NCBI GenBank assembly: GCA_020137815.1
Contig: CM035356.1
Span: 5,890,001 to 5,954,000, forward strand
Direction: 5' to 3'
Source: Hormiphora californensis
Taxonomy: Eukaryota > Animalia > Ctenophora
Length of the DNA: 64,000 nucleotides
Under the pieces are notes generated by a model. It saw only the letters and a program-made list of their open reading frames with translations. It made no database searches and was not told the DNA's origin. Shown here in pieces: positions 1-24,620 of this stretch (positions are counted from its first letter, which is position 1; each line of letters begins with the position of its first letter). The position numbers were made by a program, and so were the translations under genes.

Positions 1-1285
1 TCCTCCATTCGTCGATAGATTTTCTCAACCTTCCCTTTAAAAGCTCCCATGAAGGTGTCAGCAAGCTTGCCTTTTTCAATGTTCCCAGGCATGACTTCAA
101 CATTTTCCCTCCCCAGAAGGTGGTTCGAAGTTTGCCAAGTAGCCCGAGGGTCATGCTGTTGTTCTTCGAGACGAGCCGCGAAGTAGTTTTCTCTTACTCC
201 AGTCAGGATTTTATCAGTTTCCTTCTCCTGTGCTTTACAGTCCTCAAAGAAGTTGAGTATCACAACGGGGTCTGTTTTGGTCCGAAGAATTGCCCTATAT
301 TTCCTTTCTTTCCTCCTTCTTTCCCTTCTTGCCCCTTGGCAGATCTCATAGTTCTGTGTGAACCATTTATTACTGCGAGTTTTAACCTTCCTAGTAACCA
401 CGGGCGCCCGACTATCCATAAACCCCGTCAACACCGAGATATACAGCTCAACACACTGGTCCAGGTCATCAGGTAACTCATCACAAAGATCCGACTGAAG
501 AATGTCTTCCCTAAGATCCTCAATGTCAAGGTCTTTCATTTTTCGGCTTGTAACTAGCTTAAACTCACTGTTAGAACTACAGCCAGCCACATTTAGAGAG
601 AAGCTCACTAGTGAATGATCAGGAAGAGCAGGTGCCCTATAAGTTTCCAGTCCGTCCAACGCCGTAAGGTCTGCATCCCTGGTTAGTACCAAATCAAGTG
701 TGCCACCCCTCACATGCGTAGGCCCGATAACATGTTGAGACCATCCCTCCGACAGAATAAGCGCTTTAAACTTCTGTGTGAATCGGTCAGTATCATCTTG
801 GAATCTAACATTAAAGTCGCCCATGACAACAGGAACGCCGCCCTTTGATACAAAGGAATTTAGATAGCTGCCAAACTCAGTTATGAAGTGAGTATAGTCA
901 TTCCCCGTGCGATAGATAACAGCAAGCCGGACTCCAACACTGCCCTTCACGAAGATCTCCAGACATTCAAAAGACTTAGTGGATGTTTTACACGTAGTAA
1001 ACTTGATCTTATTCCGAATAATGAACGCCACTCCACCCCCTCGCTTCCCTTTCCTCGGTGCATTAACCAGAGTGTGCCTCCAATCCCCCACCTCCGCCGC
1101 CAGTGAAGATTCATCTAAGTTAAGCCACGTTTCAGTAAGAGCTAGAATCCCAAGTCCATTTTCGACCATCATTCCCATGACCTGATTAACCTTGTTCCGC
1201 AAGGAGAAACAGTTGCCAAGTCCAACCTTAATGGTCCTGCACCCTACCTTCCCTAAATCAGTCACACGCCCATCTTCACCAACTA
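1..1285 (-). CDS. LINE ORF2 N-terminus, apurinic-like (APE) endonuclease domain (partial; not in ORF track because no stop falls inside the window)
   Basis: Manual translation gives IKVGLGNCFSLRNK, LALTETWL, RGGGVAF, VIYR, VMGDFN, PTHVRGGTLDLVL and SDH, the ordered APE motifs of non-LTR elements. Confidence 0.88.
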
Positions 1286-2401
1286 GTTTTTTGCATTCCT
1301 TAGTTTAAGAAGGAAAACAGGACAGTCAGGCGAACCGGCATTGTGTGAGTTGGCATTACCCTTCAGCTTAGGGTCACTGGCATTTTTACAGTTAGTGCAA
1401 CACACTCTCCCCCTGTTCTTACAATCCTTTGTCTTGTGGCCTTCCGCACAGAACATACATGTAGCCTGTGGTTGCTCGCATTCCCACGCTTTGTGGCCAA
1501 ATTTCTGGCAACGGTAGCACTGTGGAATATAGTACCGATCTTCCACCCTACAGGAAACATTTCTAACGAAAAGTTTTCCTCCCTTTACCAACAAGTCCCG
1601 AAGAGCGCAAGAAACTCTCAACCCCACGTTAACCCGTTCTCTCGCTCTCGATTTCCCAACATAGACAACCTCCAAAGTATGCCCCTGGTCTATTAGAGAG
1701 CTCACCTTAGAGTTCTTCATCCGAATCATCTCAACTATGGCACTATCCAAATCACTCCGGCCCATATCAACTGGAAATTCTTCCACGGGAAGTGGAAAGT
1801 CCTTAACCGTAACCTTAGGCAGTTTAATAGATGTCTTATAGGTCGCTGCCTCGGGAAGAACTGCCTTAAGCTGACTCTCAGCAGATTGAAGCATGTCCTG
1901 ATCAGGTAAGGCAATTATTACATCGCCATTGGCCTCCGCCCTCATGAAGGACACAGGTGTCTCCTTTAGAGCCTCAGAAGCTCGTTTTACAGCCGTATCT
2001 CCCGCATTACTAATCGTAATTTTTGCAGCAGGTTTCTTAAGAACTTCAGCAAATGACCCACCGAGATTCTCACCAAGACTCGCCCTTAACCCCACTCCAT
2101 CACCCCGACGTAAGTCCATTTCTCCAACAAGTTTTTCTACTATGAAATCAGCGTGCTTACCAAGCTCACTCACAACACATCGAGCAATCTCCTCTCCACT
2201 AGCCCCGGTCTGCCCAAACCCCTTAGCCTTCCCGCTATCCACCGAATCAAAACACGGGGGGCATAGCCAGCATAATCCCACGAGTTTACTTACTTCGACG
2301 GGTACGGGCGGATCAGCATCATCTCGCTCCTCTTTGCACATCAAACATACCATCTTCTCTGTAACTGCTATCTCTGCAGCCGCCTTTCTCGTTATTGTCA
2401 T
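1283..2401 (-). CDS. LINE ORF1, gag-like nucleic-acid-binding protein with C-terminal CCHC zinc knuckles
   Basis: 372 aa; knuckles CYRCQKFGHKAWEC, CMFCAEGHKTKDC, CTNC...SHNAGSPDC; N-terminal CLMC/CWLCPPC cluster. Confidence 0.9.
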   Translation of the reverse strand: MTITRKAAAEIAVTEKMVCLMCKEERDDADPPVPVEVSKLVGLCWLCPPCFDSVDSGKAKGFGQTGASGEEIARCVVSELGKHADFIVEKLVGEMDLRRGDGVGLRASLGENLGGSFAEVLKKPAAKITISNAGDTAVKRASEALKETPVSFMRAEANGDVIIALPDQDMLQSAESQLKAVLPEAATYKTSIKLPKVTVKDFPLPVEEFPVDMGRSDLDSAIVEMIRMKNSKVSSLIDQGHTLEVVYVGKSRARERVNVGLRVSCALRDLLVKGGKLFVRNVSCRVEDRYYIPQCYRCQKFGHKAWECEQPQATCMFCAEGHKTKDCKNRGRVCCTNCKNASDPKLKGNANSHNAGSPDCPVFLLKLRNAKN

Positions 2402-2436
2402 CGTCTAGATGGGGAATTGAGGTGCCTCACGACAAC

Positions 2437-2477
2437 CTCAAATTAATTTGTTTAAAGTAGTGTTGAAAAGTTTGAAA
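2437..2477 (-). other. Spliced-leader exon sequence, genomic copy 1 (41 nt)
   Basis: Minus strand TTTCAAACTTTTCAACACTACTTTAAACAAATTAATTTGAG, identical to the copies at 62060-62103 and 62272-62315; matches my recollection of the ctenophore SL. Confidence 0.85.
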
Positions 2478-3283
2478 AGATTAACTTAGCGTGTCTTTGA
2501 GACGTAGAGAGAACGACGGGGGTCAGATAGGTGTAAAAGAAGGAAAAGACAAAACAATAAATCAATTCATCCTCGGATCAATGTAAAAGGGTCGGAGACA
2601 AAAACTAAAAATCGCAAACAAAGATCTGGAAATTTTTGATTTCTGAGTTTGAATTTTTCGAGCGCGGCGCGGCAAAAACGTAATCTTCACTTTTGCGCGC
2701 ATTTATATTTGCAGCGTATTATGGCTAAAATTGCGTGTGCCAACTCACATAAATAAAGATGCTATCATTTATCAAAAAGGAAAGCTAGGCGACCTGGATA
2801 GGTCTAATTTCGGGGTACTGATTTCTCTGCAGCATGGCCTGGTGTTTGTTATGGCAACGCCAACACCGTCGGCCGTCACCAATTTAGTAAATTATTTACT
2901 TGATCTTGAGTCAAGATCAAGATTCTTGACACCTAGCCTGTACTTGTAGCTGTAAGCGTATGGCGGCGCCATAGTCCATACTCCATACCCCCATTTGATT
3001 CTCAAATTGCTTGTTGAGTAACAACAAATTGCAGCTTGGCACCAGTAAAATACCTGCACTCGATATGACTAAAGTAAATGGTGTCAGAATTCAGAGCATT
3101 GGCGGAGCACTCAGCACACGAGAACCGTGGTCAGAGCATTGTCCTGACAGTGTGACAGTGTGACTGTCAGTGTCAACTGTCAGCCCAATGCTCTGACTGC
3201 CACTTTGCAGTCTCTCAAGTGAAGTGTGAACTTCTACCAGTACCAATTAGAATAGTTTGGTGGTGGATAACTATAAGACAGCT

Positions 3284-3356
3284 CAGCGCTAGACCAGGAT
3301 CGAACCCGTGACCTAGTGGTGACTAGTAGTGCGTGAGAGGCAGTTATTCTCCTACT
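3284..3356 (-). repeat. tRNA-derived SINE head or tRNA pseudogene
   Basis: Minus strand carries a B-box GGTTCGATCC in a T-arm-like context and a CTCTCAC anticodon-loop-like motif, but with extra sequence and no clean cloverleaf. Confidence 0.4.
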
Positions 3357-3787
3357 TCAAGTTGTATTCTCTGAGTTATTCCTTTACTGTATGGCGGCGC
3401 CATACCCCATTTGATTCTCAGATGGGTCGCGGCGCCAGACAGTTGCTTTACAAGATAAACACATGATATAAGATTTGACAAAATAATAAGAATACACGTG
3501 AAATTAAAAATTACCTTGCTCACATAACTCTAAAAGTTAAAGTAGAACAGGCCTGGACTAACTAGAGAGAGAGAGAGAGAGAAAGAAAGAGATAAACTGA
3601 ATTAATCGTTCTTCATAATCAAAAATTATAATTAATTATCATCAAATATTTCTATGGTCCTAATTATACAGAATTTTCCTAATTAGATCACGATAGATAG
3701 GTAATTAGCTAAATGTAAGGCGCGTAATTTGCTAGGATATACAGTTGAAGCTATAGCGGGCAAAATATCAGTATGACTATGTATTAT

Positions 3788-3927
3788 CAGTCGGACCCCA
3801 GTTTACCGGGAGGATAAACTTCCCCCGATGTAGGAAATTGACCGTATTTGATGCCGATTTACCGGGCACTTCGATATACCGGGCAAAATCCTTTCCTCGA
3901 ACATCCCGGTAAATCGGGGTCTGACTG
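3788..3927. mobile_element. MITE, CAGTCGGACCCCGATTTA family (Tc1/mariner-like)
   Basis: TIRs cagtcggacccc...ggggtctgactg; same family as 5659, 10674, 26504 and 38148. Confidence 0.8.
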
Positions 3928-4355
3928 TACTAAATATCTAAATATGCTCATACCATCTCAAGGCTGTTTGATACTGACTCATAATCACAAAATATATAGA
4001 ATGCTTGTGACATATCCTAAAGCCGAAACCACGGAAACTAAATATCACACTTTTCATATTTCCTATCACAGTATCACACACTTCCTAATTCATAGTCGGG
4101 ACTTCCATGTTCCATAGTGATACATAAGCGTGGTAGAGGAATGCACTATATTCATTCAGAAAGAGCAACGTATAAACTCATGACCAGGGGATCTATATAA
4201 CTAAAATTATCACACAGTTTCTAATATCTTGTGACAGTGTCCACTAGATACACATGATAACCTAAATTGACACATGATAAACATGTTCCTCTCATGATTC
4301 TCCACATTGTTGAGTAAGGGATGAACAACATCTTCAACTTCTCGTTAGGTGATCA

Positions 4356-16026
<11,671 letters not shown>

Positions 16027-18131
16027 CCTGAATAGGGACAATCCTTTAAGGTTTGGGATAGAACTAATCATAATGATAATGATTTGGGGTAAGGGGTTTT
16101 GTTATACTGCACAGGCAGAACAGGGCTAGGGCAGCTACAAGCTGACTCTGACATACTGCTCCATATAAGAGCGGCACGCCTCAAGCACAATTATCGAGAT
16201 CTACAACTTTTTGTTTTACTGCATCTGATCCTAGTAAACAAAAAAAGTAATCGCAGCCGCTTAAAGTAGTTGCTTTGAAAATCGCAAGTCAGTCATGTGG
16301 CCCCCAAATTTGATTGCTTTTTCGCACTGACCTACAAAATTTCAGAACGACGATACTAGGGTACGCGTTTAAGGAAATTTGCAGTATATTGCTAGTAAAT
16401 ATTCCTAGGGATTTCAACAGGAAATTTTAAAAAATTAAAAATTGAAACCCTCAGTAATTCCCATCAGCCCAATCTGGGGTAGTGGGGGCATTTTCTTGTG
16501 TTTGGGTTTACCTCTTTCCCTTTTTCGCGAAAAGGGCTTTAATTAAACGGGAAAAAAAGGACGAAAAAAAAAGTTGGGGGAAAGGGTTGTTGTTTTAAAA
16601 GGGTTGAAGTACTTAAAACCCTCTAATTGAAAAATTAACCCTTTATGTCATCCATTCTCTCTTCTCCTCTCTCTCTCTCTCTCCTCTCTCTCCCCTTCTC
16701 TCCTTCTTCTTTCTCCTCTCTCCCTCCAGCTCTCTAAAAAAAAGAAACCCTCTACCTCCCAAGCGCGGGTCTCCAAAAGGGCCCCTCTCAAACCCGGGGG
16801 GGGGGGGGGGATGCTATATATTAACTCTATTTCTCGCAGACAAAGGGGCCCCTTAATCAGCAGCACGGGCGAGAATTTTGTAAATTCGGAAAAGTGTAAA
16901 AAAAAACAATAGTAAAGTGACAAAAACTCCCACAGCTGGCGATGATGTGAAAAGTGGAGCATATAGTAACGACAACAAAATTTCAAGGACAATAAAAGTT
17001 AACGGGCTGTCAAAGTAGAACAAGAAATAAAAGAGTTACTTTATAAAACATTTATAGCTGTAAAATACTACCACAATAAGCTAACAACACATCCAGTGAA
17101 TTTCAACGCCCCCCAACCTGAATTTTATTATCCCGGAGTAGCCCGTTCAAGTCACTGTTTCAAACGATACTCGAGAGAGGGAGTTATTCTCACGTGTTAC
17201 ATCGTATAATACAATCACTGTCACTTTTAGCGAACAACCAACCGTTCTACAATTTGCGAAAGCAAGGAGGGAGAGAGAGAGAGAGAGAAGGGGAGAGGGG
17301 GAGAGAGAGGGGGAGAGAAGAGAGAAGGGGGGCGAGCGAGGATAGAGAGAGAGAGAAAACAGCGAATGGGAGGGGAAAAAAAAGTCTCAAGTCTGAGCTG
17401 CACTCCCTCTTTTCTTTTCATTTATGATAAAAACAAACATTTTGGGGGGAAAAAAAAGAAGAGAAAATCGTACGAAAAAAGGGTGACAAATTGATGACTC
17501 TCTCCCCGAGAGAGCCCCGGGGTTTCAATTTTTTTTCTTTTTTCTTGGGGTTTCTTCATTTTCCCCCCCCCTTTTTTTTCCCCCCCGGTCTTTTCTCTTC
17601 CCCCCCCCCTTTTTTCTTCTCTCTTCTCTCTCTCTTTTCCCCCTCTGTTTTTCTTTCCCTCTCCTTATAAACTTTTCGTGGTTCCCCTTCCAAAAACCAA
17701 TTTTTTTGATTGAAAATTTAGAAAAAAGGGGGAAGGAGGGGGAGAGAGAGAAAAGGGGAAAAGGGATAGAGAGAGGAAAAGAGAGAGGAAAAGAGGGAGA
17801 GGGAGGAGGAAAAAAGGGGGGGGAAAGACACCTCTCTCAACTTTTTTAATTAAAACAAATTTAAAACCAGTGTCAAATTCCCCCCAAAAAATTTTAAGCT
17901 AGAACAAAAACAACCCCTTGACATATGTAAAAGCGGATCCTTCTACCTCGTTGGTAACGAAGTTACCCCTCCCTTGCCGGAGCGCGAAGCGTGCCAAACG
18001 AAGGCCGCGAAGTGTGAGGTGTCTTGGATACCAATCTACCTCGGAACCAATTCTCCATAACTGCAAATCACTCGAGCCTCTCTCAACAAATTAAAAAGGA
18101 CTGGAACATCGACCCATTGTCGAAAGGCCGT

Positions 18132-18590
18132 ACAGTGTCGTGACTATTATATCAGCTATTTGGGCAAGCACGGGGTCTACTATAATAACAGTGTCGGCGA
18201 CTATTTGAGCCACCTATTTGAGCCATCTATTTGAGCCAGCTATTTGAGCCAGCACGGGGTCTACTATAATAACAGTGTCGGTGACTATTTGAGCCATCTA
18301 TTTGAGCCAGCACGGGGTCTACTATAACAGTGTCGTGACTATTATATCAGCTATTTGAGCCAGCACGGGGTCTACTATAACAGTGTCGGTGACTATTTGA
18401 GCCACCTATTTGAGCCAGCTATTTGAGCCATCTATTTGAGCCAGCACGGGGTCTACTATAATAACAGTGTCGGTGACTATTTGAGCCATCTATTTGAGCC
18501 AGCACGGGGTCTACTATAACAGTGTCGTGACTATTATATCAGCTATTTGAGCCAGCACGGGGTCTACTATAACAGTGTCGGTGACTATGC
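18132..18590 (+). repeat. Minisatellite of ~42-66 bp units (gagccagcacggggtctactataacagtgtcggtgactattt with variable 12-bp ctatttgagcca subunits)
   Basis: About 7 tandem units visible. Confidence 0.85.
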
Positions 18591-20493
18591 AGCAGCCCAT
18601 ATCAAATATTGCGACAAGAAATGCGACTATTGCAAATCAATTTGCCAGCCCTACTGCTGATCACATGCACCCAAACAGCTTGAAATGCCACGTGTGTGTG
18701 TGTATCTTTAGTGTTTACTTGCGTGGGCACAAAAAGTGGGAACACAGGAATGTACGTGAAAGATGCGCAGTCCAAAAATGTACAACCCCCATTTAATTTG
18801 GGGCAGACTTGCCAGTTGCCAGTATATAAAGCTGATCTATATTATTTTAAATCTGAATATCATAGGATCGCTCTGACATGGAATGATTTCATAAATAATC
18901 TATAGGGCTCGGGATATATAAGTTATCATTCCCGGGAAAGGTAGCAAGAGATGATACTTTGAAAACTGAAAATATTCAGTTTTAGAGAAGCATAGAGAGG
19001 AGTGAGTGATAGAGGGTGAGAGAGAAACTAAAAAAGTTCAGTTAGAGACAGATAGGGGATATGAAATGAAAGAATGGGTAAGCAAGAGGGGATAGATCGA
19101 AGGCCGGATAAAAAATTATCAGCCCTATTGCCATATAATATCGTCTATCTATAGCTATAGGGATGGAATATTGGAATGAAAACTTTAAATTGGATTAATT
19201 GCAATCTGATCGTGTAATCCGGTCTATTCAATCATGATTAACTCCACGCTGCATTCTATATTAATTTAAACAACAATTATACTAGATTTAATTGGGTAAC
19301 TTAATGGGACCAGTGTTGTCGAAATGTCGCAAGATATAAGTAGGAAACAGTAGAAACCTACTGTATGTTTGAGCAATATGTGTGAACAATATTTTGGCGG
19401 GAAAAAGTCGAACAGACACTACCTTATACTGTACCCTCCACCGTTCAACTAGTCAGTCCTGACTTTCTAGGTGGGGACACACCTTTATCAATTGGAACTG
19501 TAGTCCACCTGTCATCGGTAGATCAGTGGTCGTGGAGTTAAGATAAGAACTGAATAAAAGTAAATAATAAATGGACAAGATCACTCTTTCTGGAGAACGT
19601 TTGCTTAAAACGAATTAGTTGTAAATTTGCGCATAACAACAAATCTAAAAGCTTATTCTAATAACAAAATATCCAGACCTATGTATGTACCAATAGTACC
19701 AAAGAATCTCTAAAGAACAAATTTCTTCCCTCTCTATCTCTCTCTCTCATCTCTCTCTTCTCTCTCTCTCCTCAGCCTCTCTCTCCTCTCCGTCGCCTCT
19801 GTCTCATGCTTCTCTCTCTCTGGCTTCCGTCTGCTCTCTCTCTTTTTTTCCCTTGCGCCTCTTTTGCCACTCTCTGTGTAAGGTCGATTTCTCTCCTATT
19901 TCTTACCTCGACTTTGTCATCGATTTTGGTTGTTGGAGAGGAAGTGAGGGAGATAGATATGTCTACAGTGAGAAGATAGTAGATAGCATGGCGAGATATT
20001 AGAGAATAGAGGGGGGAGAAAGATAGAGGGGGAGGAAGATAGATAGAGAAGGTGCGGAGAAGCATCACAACGGACTTTAAACACAAAATCTGTTTGTCGT
20101 GATAACCGACAAACGAAACGGGTTACTAATAACACCTAACCAAACAGCAACTAGCATAAACATTCCGATAACACCAAATGGGGCTGTCTGGCGGCGCCAA
20201 CCCGATTTGAACACACTGAGAATCAAAACGGGGTTGCATGGGCGGCGCCAGAAAGAATTGATGCTACTTGGGTCTTGCAGGCCCTAATCTAGTAACGACA
20301 AGTTTTAGAAAAGTTTTGTTTTGAACTGGGGCCTCTAGGCGCTACTATTGGAATATATCGTGGCCCAGATTTTATAACTGCTATACACATTTTAACACAA
20401 CGATTTCCTTTACAAACGGCTCTTACAAAATAGCGTAAGCATATCTGGATCCGGTTAGGTGAAACACTTTTTGTTTATGCTTACAATTTATGT

Positions 20494-20528
<35 letters not shown>

Positions 20529-21112
20529 ATGAAGACGAGAGAAAGTGATTATAGAATAATCGCCCAAATAGATTTCAAATAAGGGGCATTATTTGGAAAA
20601 TAAGGGACGGCCCAAGATATGAAGACCTCAAGAAATTTAGAGCGAAAGAGAGGGGAGAATAATGTTTTAAAAAGGGCCATACTACTTTTTAGGTATACCC
20701 GCGGCACGATCTATGCTTTGTACCGCACCGAACCGTCGCTAGTTAACTATTTAGATGGTGGGTAATCCTTCTAGAGGTTAACTGCAGCACCCCTCCCCCT
20801 GTTTGATGTTTATATGTACAAGTAAGATTCGGTAAAAAAAATTTCTTCTTATATTCTCGTTTGAAGATTTGGAACAAAAACTCACAATAAAAGAAATATG
20901 CAACGAAAACATTATAATCCAAGTAAAAAACAAAGTAGTAGCTACTAGATCTCACGTGACATTTGGCACGTGTATTAAATGAAAGAACGGAGGCAACGCA
21001 AATTATATCGGGACCGGTGGACAAGGGGGCGAAATTTCATTGGCTCGCTGCTAGATAGTCATGTGACCGATTGCAAGAAAATCAAACTGAAAACGCCTTT
21101 GTGTCAACTTGG

Positions 21113-21203
<91 letters not shown>

Positions 21204-21377
21204 GGGGGGGGTGGAAATCAAGAATTCGGTGAAGAAGCGTGAGCTCACACGCGCCTAAAGCTACTATATTTCTCCCCTCCCCCTCTTCTCTCAATCAAAT
21301 CAATGTTAAATTAACAACACAATCGGTTAGAACAAAAAGAGAAAAAACGGTGCAAGAGAGAGAGGAAGAGAGAGAGC

Positions 21378-21451
<74 letters not shown>

Positions 21452-21756
21452 GAGAACATAGAGAGAGTTATCAGGTAAGAAGAGATAGATTTAGAAGAAA
21501 GATAGGACACTAATATAGAGCGAGAAAAAGAAAGAGAGGTGATTTGAAAAGATGAATGCTCGAAAACATCCGAACAATTTCATGATTACCTAAAACGTTT
21601 CAAGATATCTACAAAGATCTCAAGTTGGCGTTAAACTTGGCGGCGGTCTGTTTAGGAATCAGGAAATAACGATCAACCTTGAGTATCTCGCCGGTCGATC
21701 AGCAGTCCATATTTTGGCCCTAATTTTTTGGCCCTATAATATAGATTTTCAAATAG

Positions 21757-21841
21757 TCTTTCAAATTTGTTTTTATTGATTTACAAGTTGTCAATATAGT
21801 ATATTGACAACTTGTAAATCAATAAAAACAAATTTGAAAGA
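21757..21841. repeat. Perfect 85-bp AT-rich palindrome
   Basis: tctttcaaatttgtttttattgatttacaagttgtcaatata-g-tatattgacaacttgtaaatcaataaaaacaaatttgaaaga. Confidence 0.9.
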
Positions 21842-22170
21842 GAGAAGTCCTTAAAATGTTGCTTGTACCAATATACTGGTCTTTGTATAGCATCTCTTTC
21901 TCTTCTCTCTCTATCTCTCTCCCTCTCTCTATCACTCTAAGACCTCAGCTTGTCAAGTTATGGGTGCGCTGTCAAGAGCTGCCGCACTTTCTCTTGATTG
22001 GATGGGATTGGGACGACCAGATGCGGGGGGATGCTTGCTGATTTGTATACTCAGACCGATAGCACGCGTCTAGCCTAAAAAGAGATTTAAACCAAATTAA
22101 TTTAAAGTGTTTACTTGACATCACTACAATTTGTCTGATGATGACGCCCCACCTGATGGAGGGAGAGAGG

Positions 22171-22279
<109 letters not shown>

Positions 22280-23968
22280 GGAGCTACTTTAATCAAAACA
22301 ATTTGACAGCTTTACATATACTGCACGTAACGTACGGTCCCAACAATTTATTGCAATCACCACCCCACATAGCGCCAGAAAGGAGATCAGGGTTAGAAAA
22401 TAAGATCAGTGCATGTGAGGATGTTCTAAAGATAGATAAGATCAGAAAATCTATAAATTATTAGTTATTTCGGCAGATCTTTAACTCAAAATATATTTTC
22501 TTAAACTTTTCTTAAACTTTTCTTAAGCAATAGCTTAGGTTTAAGCTATGATCATGATCTTCTCGACTTTTTCTTCTTGACGTCAAGTACTTTAGAAAAT
22601 ATGTTGACGAGATTCAAGTTTAGTTGGGAGAACGCTCTTTCAAAAGCTATTATATAAGCTATAAGAAAGGGGAGAAAAGGAGAGTTGGCTGCAGAGAAGA
22701 AATTTCTGAATGAAATAAAACATTGTTTACATATTAAACAAGCTTGAAATTGCAAGAGAAGGGTAGAATTTGATTGCTATTTGAAAAGATGTAGCATTTG
22801 CTGTTATAGGTTGCCCCGCGTGAAGAGAGGGAAAGAGGGGGTGGGGGGTGGAGGGGTGAAATGATAGGGAAAAAGAGAGAGGGAGGTAGTTTGGTCATAA
22901 AGAGATGACTGTTTTTGCTCTCCACACGAACGTTGAAAACATCGAGCGAATCTAAAATTAGAAAAAGGTGTCATGTGACCTTGTTGGGGTTAAGAATAAA
23001 ATAAATTATATGTACGCATCCGGTAAATAACAAAAAATATGAAATCCGCTCACCGCCGGCACGATCAATAATACTAGTGCACTTTAATGTTTGCAATTAT
23101 TTGTTGTGTAAAACAGCTCTAGTAAAAGGGACAAGAACGAAATGGTAAAAGTAAATGATCAACGAAATAAATTGCAAAAGAATCCGAAGATCCAATAAAA
23201 AAGCCATTTCTCTGATTTGCTCGCCCCTTGATGCGGACAACCAGTACACTGATTGGTGCAAGTTTGCAGAGTTCGACCACAGCATGGTGCAGATTCCCAA
23301 AGCCCCCAAAATTTTTGGGACCACCCAAAATAGGGGAAAAAGAGAAAGAGAGAAAAAAGAGAGAGAGAGGAATAAAAATAGAGAAAGACCAGGAAGAAAA
23401 GAGAGAGAGAGAGAAGAAGAGGGGAGGAGAAAAAGAAAAGAAAGAGAGAGAGAGCGGGTTTTGAGTGAGGAAAGAGGGGGAGACAAAAGGAAATTTTTCT
23501 CAATACCGCATTGAAATCGTGTAATAAAAGGGGTTTTTAACCCCAATTTTTTGGGGAAGCGACTCTACCCTCAAAAAAAAATTAAAAAAAAGATCCAAAT
23601 AAACTGTAGTCCAACCCCCTCTACAAAAGAAACTGTAGAGACTAACACGTCTATATAACACTTGTGTGCTAGTTAGGCTAGCAAAATACTATTGACCGCT
23701 CCCGAAGTGACCCCGACCGTCCTATGTCTTACTACCGAAACTTGCTTGTAAAAATTAATAAAAATCAGAAGTTTGAGAATTGTGGCTAAATTAATCTAAC
23801 ACATGGGGGTCCGGTACTGATGCAAGGAAGGCAAAAATTAAAAGGGCGGGACACCACATAATTTGAATCAGAAAGGTTAAACTGAATATTGATGCAACTT
23901 ATGTGACATGTGTAATATAGCGTTTCCTGCCGAGATGTTATATTCTACCTGCCTTAGTGCCTCATGGA

Positions 23969-24620
23969 GGGGGGCCGGCTGAAGTTTTTGAAGTTTTTGA
24001 ATTCAACTTAAAATTTAAAAGAAAACTTAGGGGGGAAAACTTAAAAAAACTTCAAAAACTTCAAAAACTAAATTTTTCCCAAAACCTTTGGGGAGTGGGC
24101 TTATGTTGCTTCAACTTTTATAAAAACTGAGGCCGTGATGATTTTGGTGCCCCATTTTTTTTTTCCTATTTTCCTTAAAAAAAAAATTTGCATTTTGTGA
24201 AAGGGAAAAAAGGTTTTTGGCTCCAAAAAAAAATTTGAAAATTTTCTTCATATTTTTTAAACACTTTCTTTGCATTTTTTTTAGGCAACTTTTGAGTTAT
24301 GAAGGAAAAAAAATCTGTTTTTTTCAAAAAAAATTTTAAATTTTTTTTAACCCAAAATTTTCCCTGGATTTTAGGGGTAGGAATCATTGTAAAATCCCAA
24401 TTGTGGTAGAAAAAGGGGAACGGCCCGGGTAAATTGCCACAAATTTTATTAAAAATGAAAATAACCTAAAAAATGTAAAAATATCACTGAAGCATATAAA
24501 AGTAGTTTGGTTTTTTTAAGTTTTTAAATTTTTTTAGTCAACTTTTAAAAAAAATTTAAAAAACCAAAAAATAGGGTTGGAAAAATTCAAACTTCAAAAA
24601 ATTCACGGCCCCCCCCCCCC
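23969..24620. mobile_element. Poly-G/poly-C-ended foldback MITE (degraded or noisy sequence)
   Basis: ggggggccggctgaagtttttgaag...cttcaaaaaattcacggcccccccccccc. Confidence 0.5.

Larger units (their letters stand above)
1..2477 (-). mobile_element. 5' part of a two-ORF non-LTR retrotransposon (L2/CR1 group), SL sequence at its 5' end; runs off the window edge
   Basis: Gag-like ORF1 directly followed by an APE endonuclease frame; the 5' boundary coincides with the SL-like sequence at 2437-2477. Confidence 0.9.

Noticed and set aside
3284-3356. Functional tRNA gene
   Set aside because: No convincing acceptor or D stem; extra sequence lies between the anticodon-like loop and the T arm.
18132-18590. 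CRISPR-like array
   Set aside because: No unique spacers, units are fully repetitive, context is eukaryotic and there are no cas genes.
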